A stretch of 64,000 nucleotides of DNA from an uncultured bacterium (GCA_963832795.1 CAWHVJ010000012.1:59095-123094); one strand, 5' to 3'. Positions 52,786 to 62,939 are shown, counted from the stretch's first letter. Numbers and translations are program-made. The notes: a model not told the origin generated them from the sequence alone.

Positions 52786-53159
52786 TTGCCCGTCCCCTCC
52801 AGGGCCGATTCGTCCTTCTCGAGAAGTCCCTCGAGTGTGCGCACGAGCGGGGCCACGTCCAGGGCGAGCGGCATGTACGCGGACGCTCCGTGGGCCAGGT
52901 AGTCGGTTTCGTCTTTCGCTCGAGGCACCAGGCCCAGGACGACAACCGACTGGCCTTCGGCCACAAATTCGTCGCACAGATCGAGCGGAATGCCCCGCAC
53001 CGTGCCTACTACGACCGCGGACCCGCCGCTAACAGGCGGGCGGCCCTCGACTAGCGCAACGGTGTCGCCAAACTCCACTTCGAGCCGCCTCCGCAGGAGG
53101 TGGCCGATTTCCTTCCGCATGAAGAGAAGGTAGATGGTGCGATTCGGCTTCGAACGCAA
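52782..53159 (-). CDS. receiver (REC)-like domain protein lacking the canonical DD acceptor (start uncertain)
   Basis: IYLLF...VALVEG...VVLGLVP...YMPLALDVAPLVRTLEGLL resembles a CheY-like fold. Confidence 0.35.
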   Translation of the reverse strand: MRSKPNRTIYLLFMRKEIGHLLRRRLEVEFGDTVALVEGRPPVSGGSAVVVGTVRGIPLDLCDEFVAEGQSVVVLGLVPRAKDETDYLAHGASAYMPLALDVAPLVRTLEGLLEKDESALEGTGN

Positions 53160-53271
53160 TTGGACAGGCTCGTTGCTGTCCCAGGGAGCTGCTTCCCGCC
53201 TGCCTGGGACGGATACCGGAAGCGTACCAGCCGCGACAGACTCAGTCGCCGGCCGGCGTAGACTCGCGGCC

Positions 53272-53953
53272 ATGCCCTACCGCCACGTTCTCTGGGATTG
53301 GAACGGCACCCTCCTCGACGACCTCGACGTCGTCATCGCCGCCATGAATGAGTTGCTGTCGCGTCGTGGGCTCCCCGTGCTCACCGCTGAGCGGTATCGC
53401 GAGGTCTTCGATTTCCCCGTGCGCCGCTATTACGAAGCTGTCGGGCTCGACCTCGCGGTCGAACCGTTCCCCGTCCTGGCGGCCGAGTGGGTGGCCGCCT
53501 TTGGCGACCGCTGGCGCGACGCCCGCCTCCACGTCGGCGTCAGCGGAAGCGCTCGCAGCGGTCGAGGCACTCGATCTCCACCAGTCAGTGCTGTCGGCTG
53601 CGGAGCGCAACCTCTTGTCCGAACAGGCCGAATACTTCGGCGTCGCTCGGAGCTTCCGCAGCCTCGTCGGCATCGACGACCATCACGCCGAGAGCAAGGT
53701 GGCGCAGGGCCGCCAGTGGATGGCAGCCGAACGCGCCGCGCCGAACGAAGTGCTCCTCATCGGTGATACCACCCACGATGTCGAGGTGGCGGTCGACCTC
53801 GGCATCGATGCGGTTCTCGTCGCGTCAGGACATCAGTCGCGCGAGCGGCTCCTGCGCACCGGCGTGCCGGTCTATGCCACGGTCACTGAGGCGATCACCG
53901 CGCTCTCCGGCACTGAGCGTTCCGCGGGCCCCGAAATCATGCGGCGACGGTAG
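53272..53953 (+). pseudogene. HAD-superfamily hydrolase with an apparent frameshift near 53550
   Basis: Motif I WDWNGTLLDD is in frame 1. Motif III/IV (GIDDHH...LLIGDTTHDVE) is in frame 2. Confidence 0.55.
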
Positions 53954-54031
53954 GGCGAACCCTCATGTCGGCGGCGCATCGCCCGATTATCCCAGCGTAG
54001 GGCGGGAATTCTCTGGTCGCCGAGGTCATCA

Positions 54032-55546
54032 ATGCAGGGAACTGTCAGGGGGCAATGGCCACGACTCGAAGAGATTGTGGCGTCGCCGAGACTTCCCACC
54101 CTGCCCACCGTTGCCGTCCGCATCATCGAGCTCATGCAGCAGCCCGATGTCAGCATCGACGACCTCTCTGCAGTGATCTCCAACGACCCCGCGCTCACGG
54201 CGAAGTTCCTGCAGACGGCAAACTCCAGCTTCTATGCCCGTCCGCGCCACGCCACCAGGGTTCGTGACGCGATCATGGTGCTTGGCCTGCGTGCCGCGAA
54301 GCCACTGGCCCTCGGCTTCTCCCTCGTCGCCCAGATGCGCAATCACAATGCCGGCGAATTCGACTACAACGAGTTCTGGACGCGCTCGCTCTACACCGCG
54401 GCGCTCTCGCGTACGATCGCCAGTTCACGGCGCGTCGCGGAGCCCGACGAGGCCTTCCTTGCCGGCCTCCTTCACGGTCTCGGCATCGTCGCCCTCGCCC
54501 GCGTCATCGGCCCCTTCTACGACGCGCTCCTTCGCGAATCAGGCGACAGTCGTGACCGCCAGGCCGAACTCGAACGCAAGTACTTCGGGTACGACCACAC
54601 ATCGGTTGGCTTCGCCCTCGCCGAGTCCTGGTGCCTGCCCCCTGCGGCGACCGCCGCCGTCCGGTGGTACCTCGATCCGTCGGGCGCTTCGTCCGACCTG
54701 CAGCCGCTCGTCCGCTGCGTCGCGGCCGGATCCGCCGGCGCGCGCGTGTTCGTGGGCGCCAATTCCGGCGCCGGGCTCGCCGACTTCCGATCCGTTTGCG
54801 AAGACTGGTTCCAATCCTCTCCGGAGGATGTCGAGCTGTTCCTCTCCCGCGCCCACTCCGAGGTTGTCGCGATGGGTGGTCTCCTCGACCTGCCCAAGCT
54901 CGACGCCGCGAGCATCGGTGAGATCCTCGCCAACGCGAACGAAGCCCTCGAGCGTCTCACCGTCGCCGCCATCCGGGAGGCAGCCGCCCTCGAACGCCGC
55001 AACGTCGACCTCAGCGCTGAAGCCTCGACGGATGCCCTCACCGGCGTCGCTACGCGGCGCTACCTCGACGCCTTTCTCGACGAGGCGATGCAGGCTGCGC
55101 AGCGTCGGAACGAAAGCCTCGGACTGCTCTTCCTCGACCTTGATCACTTCAAGCAGCTCAACGACACATACGGGCACCAGGTGGGCGATATCGCGCTCCA
55201 GGCCGTCGCCGCTGCCATCAAACGGGTTGTTCGCGAATCCGACTTTGTTGGGCGCTTCGGCGGCGAGGAGTTCGTGATCGTCTGCCCGGGCGCGAACCTC
55301 ATCGGCGCCACTGGCCTTGCCCGGCGCATCCGCGAGGCCATCGCAGCCACTCCCATCGATGACGGCAACGGCGGCTCTCTAACCGTCACAGCCAGCATCG
55401 GCGTCGCCGCGTGCACGCCCCAGTCTTCGCCGTCGGCGTCCGCGCTCGTTTCGCTCGCCGACCGTGGCTGCTACGCGGCGAAGGCCGCAGGGCGAAACAC
55501 CGTCCGCATCGGCCAGGACGTCCGCCCCGAGCTCGCCGCTTCTTGA
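54032..55546 (+). CDS. HDOD domain / GGDEF diguanylate cyclase
   Basis: N-terminal HDOD and C-terminal GGDEF with RFGGEEFVIV. Confidence 0.8.
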   Translation: MQGTVRGQWPRLEEIVASPRLPTLPTVAVRIIELMQQPDVSIDDLSAVISNDPALTAKFLQTANSSFYARPRHATRVRDAIMVLGLRAAKPLALGFSLVAQMRNHNAGEFDYNEFWTRSLYTAALSRTIASSRRVAEPDEAFLAGLLHGLGIVALARVIGPFYDALLRESGDSRDRQAELERKYFGYDHTSVGFALAESWCLPPAATAAVRWYLDPSGASSDLQPLVRCVAAGSAGARVFVGANSGAGLADFRSVCEDWFQSSPEDVELFLSRAHSEVVAMGGLLDLPKLDAASIGEILANANEALERLTVAAIREAAALERRNVDLSAEASTDALTGVATRRYLDAFLDEAMQAAQRRNESLGLLFLDLDHFKQLNDTYGHQVGDIALQAVAAAIKRVVRESDFVGRFGGEEFVIVCPGANLIGATGLARRIREAIAATPIDDGNGGSLTVTASIGVAACTPQSSPSASALVSLADRGCYAAKAAGRNTVRIGQDVRPELAAS

Positions 55547-55550
55547 GCCG

Positions 55551-56453
55551 CTACGTTGCTGATCCAAACAGCGCGAGCTGCTCGGGTGCGGGCGGCGGCT
55601 GCAGCGGCCGCTCGCGTCGATCAGCGATCGCATAGCGCGCCTCCAGTTCCCGGAACGTCTCGTAGATCGGCTCCGACTCGCGTTTCGCCAGGTAGACCTT
55701 CTCGTACAGCTCCTCGTACGACGGCAACAGTGCGGGCCAGTCGCGCGCAAGCGCATCGAGGAAGTACTCGCGCGTGCCGGGCTTTAGGTTCAGCGTGGCG
55801 CACCACATGTGGGTCGCGCCCGCGTCTCGCGCAGCTTTCACCACGGCTTCGATGCTCTCGGGCGAATCCGAGATGCCGGGGAGCACGGGCGCCACGCTCA
55901 CACCCGCTTTGATGCCGGCCCGAACCAGTTCAGTAAGCGCGCGCAGTCGCTGCCGCGGCGGCGCCGTCCCGGGCTCGGTCTTCCGCCACACCTCCGTGTC
56001 CAGCGTCGGGATGGAGAAGTTCACGTTCACGTCGGCTCGCCGTGCAGCCTCGGCGAGCACATCGACGTCGCGCACGATCATCGGCCCGCGCGTGATCAGG
56101 TTGATCGGTGTTCGCGCCGCTCCCAGCGCCTCCAGGCAGCGCCGAGTCAGGCGATACATGCCCTCCGCCGGCTGATAGGGATCAGTCGCCGCGCCAACCG
56201 TGACCGTTTCCCGCTTCCAGGTCCGCCGCGCCAGTTCCATCCGCAAGACGTCCGCGACGTTCGTTTTCACGCGGATCGACGTCCCGTAACGCGCGTCCCA
56301 TGGCCGGTCGGCGCGCAGCTCGAACCCGCGCACGTAGCAGAACGTGCATCGGTGCGCACACCCCATGTACGGGTTTAGCGACCAGCTGAAGTGCATCCCC
56401 TTCACCCGGTTCAATGCGACCTTGCACGGCTCCTCGCGATACTCCACGCGCAT
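55551..56453 (-). CDS. radical SAM protein, SplB-like DNA repair photolyase family
   Basis: NPYMGCAHRCTFCY Cx3Cx2C motif near the N-terminus. Confidence 0.7.
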   Translation of the reverse strand: MRVEYREEPCKVALNRVKGMHFSWSLNPYMGCAHRCTFCYVRGFELRADRPWDARYGTSIRVKTNVADVLRMELARRTWKRETVTVGAATDPYQPAEGMYRLTRRCLEALGAARTPINLITRGPMIVRDVDVLAEAARRADVNVNFSIPTLDTEVWRKTEPGTAPPRQRLRALTELVRAGIKAGVSVAPVLPGISDSPESIEAVVKAARDAGATHMWCATLNLKPGTREYFLDALARDWPALLPSYEELYEKVYLAKRESEPIYETFRELEARYAIADRRERPLQPPPAPEQLALFGSAT

Positions 56454-57535
56454 GGGATCCAGCCTGCACCGGGACGGTGGAACAAATCCAAGCCCCGGAT
56501 GTCACTTCAAGCGAAGCGAAGAAATCCCAGACCGTCTGCGTCGCATCCAGCGCTTGGGAAGGCGTGCCTTGCAGTGGGTTCAGCTTGTTCGGCGCCGACC
56601 CCGGCCACGGGTGGTCCGCGCCCGCGATCACGATGTACCGCATCACCGCTCCATCGCGGCAGCCGCTCCACTCGCTCGTCGTCAGTGGCCCGTCCGTCCT
56701 TACCGTCGGCGGCTGCGAGCAAGCCATCCCGTCGGCCCAGCGCTGCAGCGTCGTCGCCATCGACGTGAACGGCACGCCGGCAATCGAACGCGGACCCTGC
56801 CCTCCATCGATAGGGTGGTTCTGGTCCGCGTCGCCATGGATCGCCAGCAACGACACTCCCCGCGACGGATTACAGGATGGCACCTCCAGCGAGCCGGCCA
56901 CCGGCGCGATCGCCTTCACCAGGTCGGCACGCTCGCAGCCAAAGCGCAGCGCCATGATCGCCCCGTTCGAATGCCCGGTCATGAACACGCGGCCCGGGTC
57001 GACCGGCAGCCGCTTTTCCAGGTCGCCGATCAGCGCCGCGAGGAAACCAACGTCGTCGACCTTCGTCCGAGACGCGAACCCGCAACAGCCGCCGCCGTTC
57101 CACGTGTTCCGCAAGCCATCCGGGAACACCGCGACGAAGTGTTCGGCTTCCGCCGTCTTCTCGAACTGCGAGTTGGACGCGAACTGGTCGCCGGAGCCCA
57201 GCCCGCCGTGCAGCCCCACCACCATGGGCCACCCGGCCGCCGGCGGCGTTCCGGACGGGATGAACAGCCGGTATGTCCGCTCCTCGCCACCGAAAGCGAG
57301 CTTCCCATGCGAAACGCCCGCGACCGGGAGCGATGACGGATTGGCGCTGGTGGTGGCCGACGCGGCTTCCGTCGGCGCGGCTGTGGTTTCTGGCGTACCC
57401 GCGGCTGCGGTGGTCGTGTCGCCGGCGGAGGTTGCCCCTCCAGCCGTTGGACTGCCGCCGCTGTCGTGCTTGCCGGCAGCCGGCGAGAACAACGGCAAGG
57501 GCGACGACGACGAGAACGATGACTACGACTCGCAT
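56182..57535 (-). CDS. lipoprotein esterase / PHB-depolymerase family (LpqC-like); frameshift after the lipobox, and the 3' tail probably runs past the native stop
   Basis: Signal peptide MRVVVIVLVVVALAVVLAGC is one frame off from the mature esterase (LHGGLGSGDQ...GHSNGAIMA). The ORF tail overlaps the radical SAM gene. Confidence 0.55.
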
Positions 57536-57630
57536 GCCTTGATGATCGGCAGAACATGTGTCAAACCAGCGACGGGCATCAAAGTTCACCGGGTAGGGTA
57601 AATCGCCCGCCGACGGCGTACGCTTGTCGC

Positions 57631-58837
57631 ATGCTCGGTAGAAGCGGCCGGCGCGGGCGGCCAGCGCACCCCGACGTCCTTACCCCCGCGGAGTGGCGCG
57701 TCCTCGAACACCTCCGCGAAGGCAGGACCAACGCTGAGATCGCCGTCCGTCTCGGCATTAGCCCCGACGGCGTCAAGTTCCACGTCTCCAACATGCTCGC
57801 CAAGCTCAACCTCCCCGACCGCCAGGCGTTGGCGAAATGGGACGGCATCGAGGGCGCGACAGCGCAGTCGGGCCGCCGATCCTGGCTCGGCGCACTGTGG
57901 GCGAGCCTGCCCGGCGCTGGCGCCGTCAAGGCGGCCGTCGCAGTGGTCGGGGTAGCCGTGGCCGGGCGGCGTGCTCGCGACCGCAGTCGCGCTCCTCTCC
58001 GGCGACAGCGGTGCAAGCGCGATCCCCGACGTGCATGCGACACTCAAAGTCACCAGCTTTGAGATCGAAGCATCGACCTATTTGGACCCGCGTGTGCCGG
58101 GCCAGCCCAATCAGCCCGACCTCCAATCCTCCACCACGCGCCTCTGGTGGGCTAAGGGCACGGGTGGTCGCGTGGAGGGACAGTTGCTCACTCCACTCTC
58201 CTTCAACAGCGCCAGCGTCGCGAACGCACAGGGCGTGTACAGCTGGCACATCGATCCCGACGGCACCCTGAGCGGCGGGGAAGAGTTGCCGTACCAGCCG
58301 ACGGACTTCATCGCGCAAATCGGTCAGACTCGGTCCAACGATGATTCGCTTCAACAGGCCGCTGCCATGCGGAGCGGAGGCGGTGAAGCGCGGCTGGTGG
58401 GCGAAGACACCATAGCCGGCCGCCCTGCTTACCGGGTTGAAGTCTCGCCCGGGACGTGCCCCGGGTCCGCCCCGCTGGCCGACGGCGACAAGACGTTCTG
58501 GTTCGACAAAGAAACGCTCGTTCTGCTTGGGTCGGAAATGCATGCACGCGATGGCCGGCTCGTCCAGCGCACCGAGGTTACGCGTATCTCGTACAACGAG
58601 GCCATCGACCCGGCGGTCTTCGAAACGCCCGCCGGACTCACATTCGCTCCTCCAAGCTCACCCATCGTCTCGCTTCCACAGTCACCGAACAACGGGGCCA
58701 GCGCGTGTCTGACCCCAGCTTCCGGGCTCGCCAGCGGCCTCGCGACCGGCCAATCGACGATCGCCGTCGGGCACGGCAGCCTCCAAACCGTGACCGACGC
58801 CACAGCCTCAGCCGTCGCCACGGTCGCCAGCCCCTAG
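57631..58837 (+). CDS. LuxR-type HTH / TM / LolA-like extracytoplasmic domain protein (paralog of the 42615 locus); either a frameshift near 57956-57975 or two overlapping genes
   Basis: LTPAEWRVLEHLREGRTNAEIAVRLGISPDGVKFHVSNMLAKL, then TM AVKAAVAVVGVAVAG in the same frame. The downstream domain is in the +1 frame from GTG 57971. Confidence 0.5.
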
Positions 58838-59223
58838 ACGGCCGCGACCGCCTCACCCTCCACCACTGACTCCCCGTTCTGGTTCACCGTGACGACTTTG
58901 ATCGTCGCCAGGCCGTCTTCGACCTTCGTCACTTCGCCCTTCGCCGTCAGCGTGTCGCCCGGCCAGACCTGCTTCGTGAACCGCACGCCGTACTTCTTCA
59001 GCGCCGTCGGCCCCACCCAGTCCGTCAACATCCGCCCGGTCAGCCCCATCGACAGCATCCCGTGCGCGAACACCGACGGGTAACCCGCCAGGTTCTTCGC
59101 CGCCGTGTCGTCATGGTGCAGCGGGTTGAAGTCGCCGCTCGCCCCGGCGTACTTCACGATGTGCGTGCGGTTGACGTTCTCGATCACGACCGCTTCGTGC
59201 TTATCTCCAACTTTCAGTGCCAT
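58834..59223 (-). CDS. MaoC-like (R)-hydratase hotdog protein
   Basis: FNPLHHDDTAAK...YPSVFAHGM. Confidence 0.75.
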   Translation of the reverse strand: MALKVGDKHEAVVIENVNRTHIVKYAGASGDFNPLHHDDTAAKNLAGYPSVFAHGMLSMGLTGRMLTDWVGPTALKKYGVRFTKQVWPGDTLTAKGEVTKVEDGLATIKVVTVNQNGESVVEGEAVAAV

Positions 59224-59233
59224 CGTTCGCCTC

Positions 59234-59737
59234 CTACTGGTCCACCGCGCGTTCGGTCTGCACGCCCACGGACGTCGCCGTCACGCATAGCACGCCGTCC
59301 TGGTTGCGGTACTCGCTCACCGACTCGCTGAACAGCAGCTTGCCGCCGCGCCGCCCTTCCTTCTCCCAGCGGTTCCCCGGCTTCGTCGTCACCGTAAGCA
59401 CGTCGCCCGCATGGATGGGATGGTGATACTCGTAGTGCTGCTCCGCGTGCAGCCCGCGGCCAAGACCGCCGCCGCCACCGCCCGGCGCGTCGCCACGATG
59501 TGCCGGCGGCGCGCCCTTGCGCGGCCGCGTGATGTCCAGCGGGTAGTCGGGCTGGTAGTGCGCGCTGCTCTGCACGAACGTCGGCGGGACCACCTGCCCG
59601 CCCACCGCCTTTGCCTCGGGCGAATCCGGGTCTACGAACGCCGGATTGATGTCCAACAGCGACCGCGCGAAGAGCATGACTTGTGTCCGGTCCACCGGGA
59701 ATTCGAAGCCGTCCGCCATCTGCGTCTCCTCATGCAA
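59234..59737 (-). CDS. MaoC N-terminal-like hotdog protein (HadA-like partner)
   Basis: Hotdog-fold pattern, adjacent to the MaoC gene. Confidence 0.55.
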   Translation of the reverse strand: MHEETQMADGFEFPVDRTQVMLFARSLLDINPAFVDPDSPEAKAVGGQVVPPTFVQSSAHYQPDYPLDITRPRKGAPPAHRGDAPGGGGGGLGRGLHAEQHYEYHHPIHAGDVLTVTTKPGNRWEKEGRRGGKLLFSESVSEYRNQDGVLCVTATSVGVQTERAVDQ

Positions 59738-59818
59738 CGAAGTCCCCGGATCCTAAGCGTCCGGGCTCCACCGCCGCAAACAGCAGCCCGCGTCTGACCG
59801 CCTGTCTGCAAGCTCGTA

Positions 59819-59880
59819 CGCCTTGGTGCCTTGGTGCCTTGGTGCGTTGGTGTGCTGGTGATCTGGTGGCGGTGCGGGTG
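59819..59880. repeat. octamer tandem repeat (CCTTGGTG)x3 that then degenerates (CGTTGGTG, TGCTGGTG, ATCTGGTG, GCGGTGCGGGTG)
   Basis: Read directly in the intergenic region upstream of the RHH antitoxin gene. Confidence 0.8.
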
Positions 59881-59892
59881 TACGATGGAGCC

Positions 59893-60183
59893 ATGGCACG
59901 GCTCACCATCACGCTCTCCGACGAACGCCACCGGCAGCTCAAAATGCGCGCCGCGTACGAAAACACGACCATCGGCACGCTCATCGAGGAGGCGTTGAGG
60001 GACGCTGAGCACCAACAGCGACGCAACGCCTTAGAGATGCTGGAGAAGGCACGGCGGAACGCGGCCCGGGCCACGGCCGGGATGAGCGACGAAGACATCG
60101 AGCAGTGGGCGGTCCGAGAAGTACGCACCTACCGGAATGAGCAGGCGGCGGAGCGGAGCAGCCATCGTGCGGGTCGTTCTTGA
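59893..60183 (+). CDS. ribbon-helix-helix (CopG-like) antitoxin
   Basis: MARLTITLSDERHRQLKMRAAYENTTIGTLIEEAL. Confidence 0.65.
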   Translation: MARLTITLSDERHRQLKMRAAYENTTIGTLIEEALRDAEHQQRRNALEMLEKARRNAARATAGMSDEDIEQWAVREVRTYRNEQAAERSSHRAGRS

Positions 60184-60592
60184 CACGAACGTTCTCGTAA
60201 GCGCGAGCCTCACGCAGCAGATTGAAGCTCCACCATACCGGGTGGTGGCGGCGGTGCTCGAGGGCGTCGTCGAGGGGGTCGTTTCCGCAGCGCTCGCCGA
60301 AGAGTACCGGGCCGTCCTTCAACGCCGGGAGGTCCGGGACCGGAGCCAACTTTCCCAGCACGAGGTGGACGAACTATTGGCGGCGCTTGTCTCGGCGGGG
60401 ACAATCATCGAGGCCACACCCTCCAGCCTCGCGGCGCCGGACCCGACCGATCAGCACCTCTGGGACTTGCTCGATGAGGCTGAGGACGCCGTTCTTGTCA
60501 CCGGAGATGCGTCGCTGCTGCGCAGCCGCCACTTCCCGGGCCGAGTTTTCTCACCTCGCGACTTCATCGACCGCTACCTGGCCTCCGCCTGA
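60167..60592 (+). CDS. PIN-domain toxin
   Basis: VVLDTNVLVSA...VTGDASLL. The GTG start overlaps the antitoxin 3' end. Confidence 0.6.
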   Translation: MRVVLDTNVLVSASLTQQIEAPPYRVVAAVLEGVVEGVVSAALAEEYRAVLQRREVRDRSQLSQHEVDELLAALVSAGTIIEATPSSLAAPDPTDQHLWDLLDEAEDAVLVTGDASLLRSRHFPGRVFSPRDFIDRYLASA

Positions 60593-61350
60593 TTCTCCGC
60601 TGCTTTCGCCTGCCCGGGAATCGTCACGCCGGTCTGCTTCAGCCGCTCCTTGTTCCGCTCCAGGAACTCGGCCCACCACGGCCCGAACTTCGACTCCGGC
60701 AGCCCGCCGTCCGCCCGCAGCGCCAGCAATCGGTCCAGCTCCGCGTTGACCGCTGCCCGCAATTCGTCCATCGATCCGTTGTTCTTGTAGACCCAGTCCG
60801 CGCCCGGCGCCCGGATGGCAAGCGGTATCATCGACTTGAGCCGCTGGTCCGCCTCTTCTCCGCTCATCCCACGCGTCTCGATCAGCCGCTGCCGCGCGAT
60901 GTCGTCGTCCACACCTATCAGCCACGTCTGGTCGCACCAGCGGGCGTAGCCCGGCTCCATCAGGTTCACGGCCTCCATCACGCAGATCTGGTCGTCGCCG
61001 AGGTCCGCCCGCCAGCCATCGATCACGCCCTTGATCGCCTCGGTGATCGAGCCCATCGCCCGCGTCAGCTTGTTCATCTCCTCGGGCTTCCCGAACACTT
61101 TGGCGCCCAGGATCTTCCGGTCGACATAACCATCCGGCCCCACGACCTCCCGCCCGAACGCCTCCACCACGCGGTCGAACCCCGGCGTCCCCGGGTCGTA
61201 CAGCCTGTGCACCAGCTTGTCAGCGTCGCAGTGGTGCGCTCCCCGCTCCACCAGCAACTGCCCCACCGTCGACTTCCCGGCGGCAATCGTCCCGGCTAAT
61301 CCAATGACGAGCGGGGAGGACTTAGGACTCAGGACTCGGGACTCAGTCAT
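60574..61350 (-). CDS. coaE: dephospho-CoA kinase with a C-terminal extension
   Basis: GLAGTIAAGKSTV P-loop. The N-terminal MTESRVLSPKSS is encoded by the GGACTCR heptad repeat. Confidence 0.8.
   Translation of the reverse strand: MTESRVLSPKSSPLVIGLAGTIAAGKSTVGQLLVERGAHHCDADKLVHRLYDPGTPGFDRVVEAFGREVVGPDGYVDRKILGAKVFGKPEEMNKLTRAMGSITEAIKGVIDGWRADLGDDQICVMEAVNLMEPGYARWCDQTWLIGVDDDIARQRLIETRGMSGEEADQRLKSMIPLAIRAPGADWVYKNNGSMDELRAAVNAELDRLLALRADGGLPESKFGPWWAEFLERNKERLKQTGVTIPGQAKAAENQAEAR
61318..61350. repeat. left arm of the inverted repeat: tandem heptads GGACTTA GGACTCA GGACTCG GGACTCA
   Basis: Reverse-complementary to 61745-61777 (shared GGACTCGGGACTCAG). Confidence 0.8.
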
Positions 61351-61736
61351 TTCACACCTCGCTGTTCATCTCTCTGCCGCTGAACCGCCGTGCGTAGCGC
61401 CGAAACGAGTCGGGCTACCTCGTTTGCCGCGCCGTCGAGCGACGCGAACTGGGCTTCCGTGATGTAGCCAATGTCCAGCGCCAGGTAGAGCTGAGAACGA
61501 ACTTCGGCGCAGGAGCCCTTCGCGATCGACAGGTATTGATGGAACTCTCCGCGGCTTCCTCGTTCGAACCCTTCGGCCAGGTTGAACATTATGGACGACG
61601 CCGCCCGCTGAATTTGGCTCGCCAGGCCAAAATCACGCGCGAACTTCCCGCTCTGGCTCACTTCGTAGATTTGGCGGGCCAGGACCCGGGACTTCTGCCA
61701 GGCGACGAGATCTTCAAACCGATTCACTTTCGCCAC
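61347..61736 (-). CDS. four-helix-bundle protein (23S rRNA intervening-sequence protein family, TIGR02436-like)
   Basis: 129 aa: FEDLVAWQKSRVLARQIYEVS...FNLAEGFERGS... Confidence 0.65.
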   Translation of the reverse strand: MAKVNRFEDLVAWQKSRVLARQIYEVSQSGKFARDFGLASQIQRAASSIMFNLAEGFERGSRGEFHQYLSIAKGSCAEVRSQLYLALDIGYITEAQFASLDGAANEVARLVSALRTAVQRQRDEQRGVK

Positions 61737-61744
61737 GCTCCACT

Positions 61745-61777
61745 CCTGAGTCCCGAGTCCTCGGCCCTGAGTCCTTC
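61745..61777. repeat. right arm of the inverted repeat (CTGAGTCCCGAGTCCTCGGCCCTGAGTCC)
   Basis: Together with the left arm it brackets the 4HB ORF. Confidence 0.8.
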
Positions 61778-61790
61778 AGCGGCACCGCCG

Positions 61791-62939
61791 CTACGGCCGC
61801 TCGTTCGACATGATGATCGTTCCGCTCGCGCCGAACATGCCTCCGACACCGTGAGCGATGCTGATCTTCGCGCCCTTCACCTGCGCCGGCGCGATGCCCC
61901 GCATCTGCCGGACACTCTCCTGCAGCGCGTACATGCCGTACATGCCGGAGTGTGAGTAGCTCAGGCCGCCGCCGTTGGTGTTCAGCGGCAGCTTGCCGCC
62001 TTCACGCGTGTTGCCGTCCCAGATGAACTGGGCAGCCTCACCGCGCCCGACGAACCCGAGGTCCTCGAGGCCGTACAGCGGCAGGTGCGCGAACGCGTCG
62101 TAGATCATCAGGTGGTCCACGTCGTCGTGCGAAATCCCCGCCTCGCCGAACGCCTTCTTCCCCGACACCACGAACGCCCGCGACGACGTGAAGTCTTCCA
62201 TCTGGCTGATGATCGGCGTCTCCACGCTCTCGCCCGTGCCGAGGATGTAGACGGGCTTCGTCGGGAAGTCCTTCGCGCGGTCGGCCGACGTCATGATCAG
62301 CGCGCCCGCGCCGTCCGTCACCAGGCAGCACTCCAGCAGGTGGAACGGGTACGCGATCATGCGCGAGTTCAACACGTCGTCCACCGTGATCGGCTCTTTC
62401 ATCACGGCGTTGGGATTGCGCATCGCGTACTCGCGCTGAACGACCGCCACCATCGCCAGCTGCTCTTCCGTGACCCCGTACTTCTTCATGTACCGAAGCA
62501 CGGGAATCGTGAACATCGTCGGCGGTCCCGCCGGCCCTGCCCACCCTTCGAACTGACCGTTCATCCCGGATCGCGCGAAACCGAACCCACCACGCCCGAT
62601 GCCGGAGCGCCCGCTCTCTCCGTGCGTGATGAGGACGGTCGTGCACAGCCCCGACTCGATCGCCGCCGCCGCATGGCGCACGTGCAGCATGAACGAGCAG
62701 CCGCCGACCGACGTCCCGTCGACCCACGTCGGCGTAATCCCGAGGTACCACGCCGTCTCGTTCGGGCTCTGGCCGGCCGTCGCCACACCATCGATGTCCG
62801 ACGGCTTCAGCCCGACCTCTTTCATCGCTCCGATTGCCACATCGGCATGCAGCTGGAGCTGCGACGTGTTTGGCCAGCGGCCTTCCGGGCTGACCTTCTC
62901 GTACGCTCCGACGATAGCAACGCTTCCTGGCTTCACCAT
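61791..62939 (-). CDS. thiolase-like protein (SCP-x / lipid-transfer-type thiolase)
   Basis: 382 aa of thiolase-fold sequence, partnered with a DUF35 gene. Confidence 0.75.
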   Translation of the reverse strand: MVKPGSVAIVGAYEKVSPEGRWPNTSQLQLHADVAIGAMKEVGLKPSDIDGVATAGQSPNETAWYLGITPTWVDGTSVGGCSFMLHVRHAAAAIESGLCTTVLITHGESGRSGIGRGGFGFARSGMNGQFEGWAGPAGPPTMFTIPVLRYMKKYGVTEEQLAMVAVVQREYAMRNPNAVMKEPITVDDVLNSRMIAYPFHLLECCLVTDGAGALIMTSADRAKDFPTKPVYILGTGESVETPIISQMEDFTSSRAFVVSGKKAFGEAGISHDDVDHLMIYDAFAHLPLYGLEDLGFVGRGEAAQFIWDGNTREGGKLPLNTNGGGLSYSHSGMYGMYALQESVRQMRGIAPAQVKGAKISIAHGVGGMFGASGTIIMSNERP

